DNA of 64,000 nucleotides from Paraspadella gotoi (taxonomy: Eukaryota > Animalia > Chaetognatha), in contig CM119266.1 in assembly GCA_051294375.1 (NCBI GenBank), positions 14,302,755 to 14,366,754 of the forward strand. The letters are read 5' to 3'. The position numbers and the translations under genes were made by a program. Under the pieces are notes generated by a model. The model was not told the origin of the DNA. It worked only from the letters and a program-made list of their open reading frames with translations, and did not search any database. Shown one piece after another: positions 55,759 to 64,000 of this stretch. Every line of letters begins with the position of its first letter. The first letter of the stretch is position 1.

Positions 55759-55822
<64 letters not shown>

Positions 55823-57795
55823 CAATAGCAGCACCCAATCACCTCATCTTAATTGAGCGCCCATGGGTTCCTCGTTTTCTTTTCTCGAACTTTGTCGCCT
55901 CTCGTTGCCTGGAAACGAGACGCAATTCGCAGAAGCAATTCCCGACGGAAAATGGGGGTCGCGGAGTCGCGTCGTTGTTGTCCTCGTCGTCGTATCACTC
56001 GACGGTTTTATCGTCGTGATAGTTTTTATTAAAATTCTCTATATCACATTTTGTGATATCGCGGTCATCGTTCCTGTGGCTTCCTTCGTTTTTTTACGAC
56101 AATGAAATACAAAAAAAATAGTAATGATACTGACATTAACAACATTAACGTAATAGACAAGACAACGATAACGATTATGCCGACCACGACGACAAAGGGG
56201 CAGTAACAAAGAACACAGGGAAGCTGACAAAGGAAACAGCTATAAAGACATCGACGACGACGATGATGACAACGACGACGACGACGATGACGACAAAAAA
56301 AAAGACGACGATGAGATGAATGAGATGAGTTTCTATGAAGACAGGAGGAGAGAAGCTCTCCACAACGTGGCACCTGTGGGAGGAGGAGAAGAAGGAGGAA
56401 GAAGAGGAGGAGGAGGAAAAGGGGAGGATGAAAATGGGACAAAGAGACGCATGTCTATTGCCCATAGAAACCCCCCATTGTTGGCGAACGCGGCGCCGCC
56501 TTCGCCCGGTCCCGACGCCCCGACGGTGATGAGGTGGGAAGGAGAGAAAAGCTTTCGTTTTTCTCTTCTGGGCGGCGGGCGGGCAGCGGGCGGCGGGCGG
56601 CGGGCGGCGGGCGGCGGGCGGCGTGTGGAATAGCGAGCGAGGATCTAGAAAACTGGTCGTTCTCTCTTCGCCTTCCCTCTCTTTTAACTCTGCTTCACTC
56701 ATTATAGTCTCCTCTGTTCTTATCTCTTATTCCACTTTCTTTTTTTCCTACCTCCTTCCTTTCTTTCCCAACTCTTTTTCATACCTTCCAACTTGGATAT
56801 TCACTTTCTCTATTTTTCTTTTTCTCTTTTTCTCTTTTCTTCTTCTTCGCTATCGTTTTCATTCTTTTCTTATTCTTAGCTCAACGTCTTTGGCAAAAAA
56901 TCTTCTCTGCTCCACTTCTTTCTCATCCCATCTCATATTTCTCTCTTTTATTTCTCTTCTCCTCTCCTCTCCTCTAACTCTCTCCTCCTCTCTCTCGACT
57001 CTCTCCCTCTCGTCTCCTCCCTCCTCAGCGTTTTTTCTACTTCTTCTCTTCTCTCTACCATTTTCTTCTCTTCCTTTTTATTTCCCCTCCCTTATTGCTT
57101 TTTCTCTCTTCTCGTCTTCTTCGTCTTTTCTCTTCTTATCTTCTCTCTTCTCTCTTTCCTGTTTCTTTCTCCTCTTCTCTTCTCTCTCTCTTTTCTCTCT
57201 TCTCTTCTCTTTTTTCTCTTCTCTCTCTCTCTCTCTCTCTCTCTCCTCTCTTCTCTCTCTTCTCTCCTCTCCTCTCTCATCCCTGTTCCAACTCCTCCAC
57301 TTTCTCTCTCTTTCATTTATATCCCTCCTGCCAACCTTCGCTCCAAAATCCGGGACGTCGTTATCCGGTGAACTGCCTTCAATCATCACAATTGGTTCAT
57401 CCGAGTCTCGCTCTCCCTCGCACACGCGCGTGCGCAGAGCGCACGCTCTCGGAACGACGTTCTTCTCTCTCTCTTCTCTCTCCTCTCTCTCTCTCTCTCT
57501 CTTCTCTCTCTCCTCTCTCTCTCTCTTCTCTCTCTCTCTTCTCTCTCTCTCTCTCTCTCGGTGACAGTGACAATGTTATCCTTTGCTTTCGCCGCGTTAT
57601 TCGCTGCTTCCGCTTGAAATTCGGTGAGCGGGTCGTCGCCATCTTTGTCGTCGTCGTCGTCGTCGTCTGCACGTCGACGCGTTGCGCGTTTCCCACACGT
57701 CGAGCTTTCGTTGCCGGCGCCCGTCTCGCGTGTACCTGAGACCCTTCAAAACCCGCGAAGCGTGGCAGAAAAGAACACAGACAGATATCCTTAAT

Positions 57796-57836
<41 letters not shown>

Positions 57837-58064
57837 TTTTTTTTTTTTTTTTTCGTTTCGTCTCTCTCTCTTCTTCTCTCTCCTCTCCTTCTCGTCTCCT
57901 CTCTCTTCCGTCTCTCTCTCCTCTCCTCTTTTATTCCTCCCCTTTTATGTTCTCTCTTTTAATCTGTCTTTATCATCGAAGATTCACCTCGTTAAAAAAT
58001 TCTTCTCTCTCTCCCTCACTACATCTTTTTCTCTGTTTCAATTGCTTTTTTTTGGCGGGTGAGC
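53418..58064 (+). repeat. Block G, copy 2
   Basis: See copy 1. Partial third copies lie at 50611-50897 (matches ~46620-46890) and 58090-58502 (matches ~57665-58064). Confidence 0.92.
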
Positions 58065-58614
58065 NNNNNNNNNNNNNNNNNNNNNNNNNTCGTCTCACGT
58101 CGACGCGTTGCGCGCTTTCACACGTCGAGCTTTCGTTGCCGCGCCCGTCTCGCGTGTACCGAGACCTTTTCAAAACCGCACGTGCAGAAAAGAACACCGA
58201 NNNNNNNNNNNNNNNNNNNNNNNNNNNNNNNNNNNNNNNNNNNNNNNNNNNNNNNNNNNNNNNNNNNNNNNNNNNNNNNNNNNNNNNNNNNNNNNNNNNN
58301 NNNNNNNNNNNNNNNNNNNNNNNNNNNNNNNNNNNNNNNNNNNNNNNNNNNNNNNNNNNNNNNNNNNNNNNNNNNNNNNNNNNNNNNNNNNNNTTTATGT
58401 TCTCTCTTTTTATCGTCTTTATCACGATTCCACCTCGAAAAAATTCTTCTCTCTCTCCCTCACTCTCTTTTTCTCTTTTCATTCTTTTTTTTAGCGGGTG
58501 AGAAAGTGTTGAACATGTTAATATCATTAATTAGCTGAGTTCAGAGAAATTAAATACATAGCATGCGAAGTATGAAAAACAAAACAAAAATGAAAGCATG
58601 TAGGAATAAGATGA

Positions 58615-58618
58615 AATA

Positions 58619-58706
<88 letters not shown>

Positions 58707-58712
58707 AATAAA
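58615..58712 (+). repeat. (GAAA)n microsatellite
   Basis: Tandem GAAA units, directly visible. Confidence 0.92.
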
Positions 58713-58726
58713 AGACAGCGACACAC

Positions 58727-58758
<32 letters not shown>

Positions 58759-60060
58759 CGCTCCCGGTTAGTCTGTTGACGGCATGAAAGAGCTGAAATT
58801 TTGCTAATTCATCACCAAGAGTGGGTTTGTTATTGAAAAGGGCAACCGAAGACGCCGTCGTTTCAAAGGGCGACTGGCATTTTCCCCCGCCAACCAGATT
58901 CGAAAGGGGAAGTGGGCGGGTCGTGGGTTTGTGGGGAGTTCGTGGGCGAAGTTGGATTCTTGCCTCGTAATGGGAGAGATCGGTTGTGGTAAATCGATGC
59001 ATGGCAGAGAGCTCAGAGGAATTCGTGTCTTTCGCTGGGGGTTGACGCGGTTGTATTTTAAATTCGACTTTGATTTATTAAAAAATTGTAGTTTGGCAAA
59101 AGCGCTCTGTTATACAATCTCGGTTTTTAACTTTCTCAAAGAAATTTGTCTTCCATTCTCAAAATACCAACGTCTGTCCCTCGCACGCCCTTCGTCGTTG
59201 GCCGTTGACATCAATGGTGCTGGCGGCGGCGGAAACGCGTCGTTGAAACCGAGGCCGCCGACGACGCAATGACGTCGACGACGCCGGCGCAACGCAACTT
59301 CGACGCCCGTCGTAAATCGCGTCGTTATTCACGTCATTAACGGAAAAAGGAAATCGGTGAAAAATAAGGCGATAAAAAAAGAGAGCAACAAAAGGAGACG
59401 GAAACNNNNNNNNNNNNNNNNNNNNNNNNNNNNNNNNNNNNNNNNNNNNNNNNNNNNNNNNNNNNNNNNNNNNNNNNNNNNNNNNNNNNNNNNNNNNNNN
59501 NNNNNNNNNNNNNNNNNNNNNNNNNNNNNNNNNNNNNNNNNNNNNNNNNNNNNNNNNNNNNNNNNNNNNNNNNNNNNNNNNNNNNNNNNNNNNNNNNNNN
59601 NNNNNNNNNNNNNNNNNNNNNNNNNNNNNNNNNNNNNNNNNNNNNNNNNNNNAGAGAATGCCTGTAAGAAGAACCAAAGAATCTTTCGCACACAAAAACC
59701 CGAAAAAAATTCGGTAAAAACGGACGCGAAAACAAAAGATGCTCGCGACGGTCGTTCCTTTGTTTCATTTCCGGTTTCGGCGGCTGCGGCTGCGGCGGTG
59801 GCAACGGCGGCTGAGGCGGCGGCGTCGATGATGAAGGCCGCAATACGAGGCCCCCAAAGTCCCCGAACAACAATGTTCCCAGCCCATGATTTCTTATCTG
59901 ATGGTCGAGAGTTTTTCATAATGGAATTTGCCTTTGAAGACAAGCCAAAGGGAAAAAATGGGAGAAGAAGAAAGCGGGAGAGAGGAAATAAGAGAGATAG
60001 AAATTATGGAAGCGATTAGCGAGTCATCTCTCCGTGCATTATTAAAGGGAGATGGGGAGT

Positions 60061-60096
<36 letters not shown>

Positions 60097-61013
60097 NNNN
60101 NNNNNNNNNNNNNNNNNNNNNNNNNNNNNNNNNNNNNNNNNNNNNNNNNNNNNNNNNNNNNNNNNNNNNNNNNNNNNNNNNNNNNNNNNNNNNNNNNNNN
60201 NNNNNNNNNNNNNNNNNNNNNNNNNNNNNNNNNNNNNNNNNNNNNNNNNNNNNNNNNNNNNNNNNNNNNNNNNNNNNNNNNNNNNNNNNCTCTCTTTCTC
60301 TCTCTTTCTCTCTCTTTCTCTGACAAGTTTACCTTTTCTTACAACAACTAAATGGTTAAATGATAATTTGAAAGAAAACTTTTATCGTAACATATTAAGG
60401 TTTTTTCCAGGACAAATATTTCAAAATATTGAACTCTATTACATAACTGTAGCAGATTATACGTGCGCGCACGTCCAACCGGGCTCGCCCTTAAAACTTC
60501 ACGTATTGATGTTACCTTTCCCTCGGCATATTTCATCTGTCATCTTTGGCTTAAAACAATCCCGAAAGATACGGAATAAAATATTCTCTCTCNNNNNNNN
60601 NNNNNNNNNNNNNNNNNNNNNNNNNNNNNNNNNNNNNNNNNNNNNNNNNNNNNNNNNNNNNNNNNNNNNNNNNNNNNNNNNNNNNNNNNNNNNNNNNNNN
60701 NNNNNNNNNNGTATGGAGCGCTACTGCCGCCTGCCGAGAAAAATCCAGATTCTTATCGAACGTTTTTCTCCTGAAACTTTTCTTTTTTTTTCTTTATTCT
60801 GTTTTGTTTCTCGTTTTATTCGCATTTTCCACCCAATTTTCCTCGAGTTTGTTTACCAACAATTTCCGATTCCCTTTCATTTTCCTTTCACGAAACGATT
60901 TTTTTTTTATATTTCTAGTTTCTTTTTTATTTTGTTTCTTTTTTTTTGTTTATCGCCGAAATTAACGGGAAAAAATTGGAGAATGAAAAAACCATATCTC
61001 TCCTCTCTCTCTT

Positions 61014-61057
<44 letters not shown>

Positions 61058-61727
61058 CTTCTCTCTCTCTCTCTCTCTCTCTTTATTTTTTCTTCTTCCT
61101 CTCTCAAATACTTTCACTTTTGCAAAATCCCTAAAATTGAATTTCCACCCTTCCCTTCCCCTCTACTACCCCCCCTCCCCATACCCATTTTTCCAGTTCA
61201 GCGATGGCCTCACTCTTTTTCTTCTTTTTCTCTCTCTTCTTTTCTGGCGCGTGAGACGTGAATTATGTGACAAATAAACGACGCCGGTTTTATCCGGGCG
61301 TCGAATTCACGCGCGCCTCAAAAGCGGCGCTCCCCCTACTCTCCCGCGGCGCCCCGGCGTCGTGAAATCGAGGGATCGAACGAAACGAATCTGGGGTTCG
61401 GCGCCGAAGATTGTTAAGAGTTGGCGCCGTCGAAAATTGCGCCGGCGTCGTCGGCGTCGCTCGGCTACTGGCGTCGAGCGACGTCGATGGCGCCGAGTTT
61501 TCGTCGCCACGTAGGAAAACCATCTCCGCCGCTAGAGTTCGTAGCGTTAATAGTTTTCACGCGCGTTGCAAGATTCCGACGCCGACGCCTCACATCAGGG
61601 TTTTAGAGGTGGGCGCGGCTTAAACGACCACCCGTTTCAAAAACCCTTCTTTGCTTCCCACGAGGCCACCGCCCTCTTCCTCACAGCCCGCTGTCGTTAA
61701 CTTCTCCACAACCGGGGTGGCCCCCTT

Positions 61728-61822
<95 letters not shown>

Positions 61823-62936
61823 TTTAGCCCGGCGCGAAATATCTGACCTCCATCTCTCGTCTAACGGAACATTTACCTCTTTTGCGCTTTTGATGAACGA
61901 CCCGAATCCGGGAGAGGAAGTGAGGGGAGAGAGGAATAAAATGGGAGAGGGAGAGAGAGAGACGGACTAACTGACTGAGATACAGACAGCTGATAGAAAT
62001 TCTACATATAGACGAACCAAAAGATATATACCTAGTATCGACAGATACACAATCAAATTAACATTCTCCTCGTCAGCCCATTTACCTTTCTCCTCGTCAT
62101 CATCCGCGTATGCCCTCTTCCAAACTCACCCGCTTTGTGCTCCCCCCACCGCTTCGTCTAATCCCCGCCTCCTCGCCAAGACCTCCTCCCCACTCACAAC
62201 ACCCCGGTCCCCCTCAAATCCCCGCAACCCTTTTTCGATTCGCCAAAAACCGACGCCATCGTCCGAGGATTACGCGGGAAAATTGAAACTCGTTTACTCC
62301 TCTTCCTTTTTTTTTCCTGCTCTGCCTCGACTCTCTTTGATCCCTATCCACTGGAGTTATATCTACCACGCCCACTTTTTATTTTTAGATACGTATTCTG
62401 TCTTTTGTTTTATTACATTCTTTTGTATTTGTATTTTTTCATTGCTTTAGGTCGGATTTCTGGAACAGACCTTTTTACTTCTTAAATTCAAGATATATAA
62501 TAATATGTATATAATTATATATAAATAATAATAATACTTAATCGTACTCGATTATACTTTTCACACTGAAGTATTCTTGTGATTCTAAACCGAATATTGA
62601 TGTCTAATCTTCTCTGCTCTACTAACCTTTTCCATCTCTCCCCTCTTCTCCATCTTTCCTCTCTCTCTCTCTCTCTCTCTGTCTTCTCTTTCCCGGGTTT
62701 CTGCCAACGGAATTTCCACCCAAAAAACATTTGTTCGAACTTTGACCTCCGCAACGAAAACGCGTGGTGATCGTACTATAGAGGGAGGGGGAAGAGGAAG
62801 ATGAAGAGGAGGAGGAGGAGGGTGAGGAAGAAGAGGAAGAGGAATATGACGAGGAAGGGGAGGAGGAAGGGGAGGAAGAAGAGGAAAAGACCGTCCGAGT
62901 CGAGTAGAGCATTGAAAAAGTCTTGCTATGGACAAC

Positions 62937-62968
<32 letters not shown>

Positions 62969-63147
62969 AGGAAAGAACTAAAAGATAGAAAAGAAAAGAA
63001 GAAAAAGAAAAAAAGAATAGAAAGAAAGATAAGAGAGTAAAAAGAGAAAGAAAAGAAGAAAGTTGAGAGGATAATAGGACAGAGAAAACAGAGGAGATAT
63101 GAGAGAAAGAAGAAGGAGAGAGGAAAGAATCCGAACAGAGAGAGGAG

Positions 63148-63195
<48 letters not shown>

Positions 63196-63888
63196 GAGAG
63201 AAGAGAAAGAATTGGCCGGCAAGCTTAATATGTTAAGCGGAAGGAGGAGAAAGGGAAAAATGATTCTCAAATTAGCCACAAAACAACCGGCGATTAATAA
63301 CGCGATTAATGATCAGAGCGGATAGTGGCGGGCGTGGGGGGGGTGCGTGAGAGGAAGGACCGAAGCGACGGCGCAAAAAAAAAATATTTTTGATTGATAT
63401 TAATGTCTCGCATTTCTCGTAGTGGCTTTTTGTATGAGCGAGAGAGAGAGAGAGGAGAGAGAGATGAGAGACGAGAGAGAGAGAGAGAGAGTGATGAGAG
63501 AGAGAGAGAAGAAGAGAGAGAGAGAGAGAGAGAGAAAAAAGAGAGAGAGAGAGAGAGAATATCTCTCGGTTTTCCGCCAATTAAGTGGTGGCCGTGATTT
63601 GAAGTTCGTTTCGTGACGCGGGTCGGAGGGGGGCGGCTTTTAATTTTTTGTTTCGGAACGTGATGGCGAGGTTGAGGCTAAAAAAGAGTTGGAAAGAGTA
63701 GTGGAATTGAGTTTGGGCACTTTTAGTTTAAAAATATGGAAAGAAGGAAACTGTCGCCGTCGAGCGCAAAAACAATCTTTACTAAATGCATAAATTATGT
63801 TAACTAAGGCCAATAACTAGTTATTGTTTAAAAAATGATTGCTAGCATCATTATGTGCTCCTCAATGTACATATTTTTTACTATGAAT

Positions 63889-63953
63889 TAGCTCATCGGT
63901 AGAGCACAGGACTCTAATCCTGGGGCGTGGGTTCGAGCCACCACATTGGCGCA
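63889..63953 (+). pseudogene. tRNA-Lys(CTT)-derived sequence (pseudogene, SINE head or error-containing copy)
   Basis: TAGCTCATCGGTAGAGCACAGGACTCTAATCCTGGGGCGTGGGTTCGAGCCACCACATTGGCG aligns with metazoan tRNA-Lys-CTT, including A box, B box GGTTCGAGCC and anticodon stem CAGGA/TCCTG. It lacks the 5' acceptor strand and has several 1-nt indels. Confidence 0.75.
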
Positions 63954-64000
63954 CTCTATTCTGGGATGGGGGTAATCTGGTCTAAACTAACGAAGCAAAA

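Noticed and set aside
56623-57564. 313-aa hydrophobic ORF resembling a membrane protein
   Set aside because: CT-rich low-complexity DNA. The frame is not preserved in the copy at ~49100-50070.
62400-62480. Strong polypyrimidine tract and TAG|G as a candidate Tbx20 exon 4 acceptor
   Set aside because: The following sequence does not encode RMFP in any frame.
63930-63955. tRNA-Lys primer-binding site of an LTR element on the minus strand
   Set aside because: The tRNA match extends ~65 nt, far beyond an 18-nt PBS, and no LTR or gag/pol is visible.

Overview
Eukaryotic, probably bilaterian invertebrate, draft-assembly DNA. It is rich in (GA)n and (CGA)n repeats, keeps many CpGs, and has many N gaps. 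The one solid gene is the 5' part of a Tbx20/H15-family T-box transcription factor on the + strand: three in-frame coding exons (24482-25550, 28976-29173, 29475-29619) with the eh1 motif and the start of the T-box ([24 protein letters not shown]). I could not find the next exon (RMFP...) in the window. Most of 1-24.5 kb and 45.9-58.5 kb consists of two or three noisy direct or inverted copies of the same blocks. Six gaps of exactly 25 N and read-like garbled stretches suggest long-read gap-filling or haplotype artefacts rather than true duplications. The copies do reveal a 1.84-kb TIR DNA transposon together with its empty site. Other items are a synonymously diverged peptide repeat in a long Tbx20 N-terminal extension, a degraded Myb/MADF-BESS-like gene fragment, a candidate antisense promoter and first exon after Tbx20 exon 3, and a tRNA-Lys-derived copy. 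Nearly all other listed ORFs are microsatellite or gap artefacts. I found no convincing novel multi-gene system.
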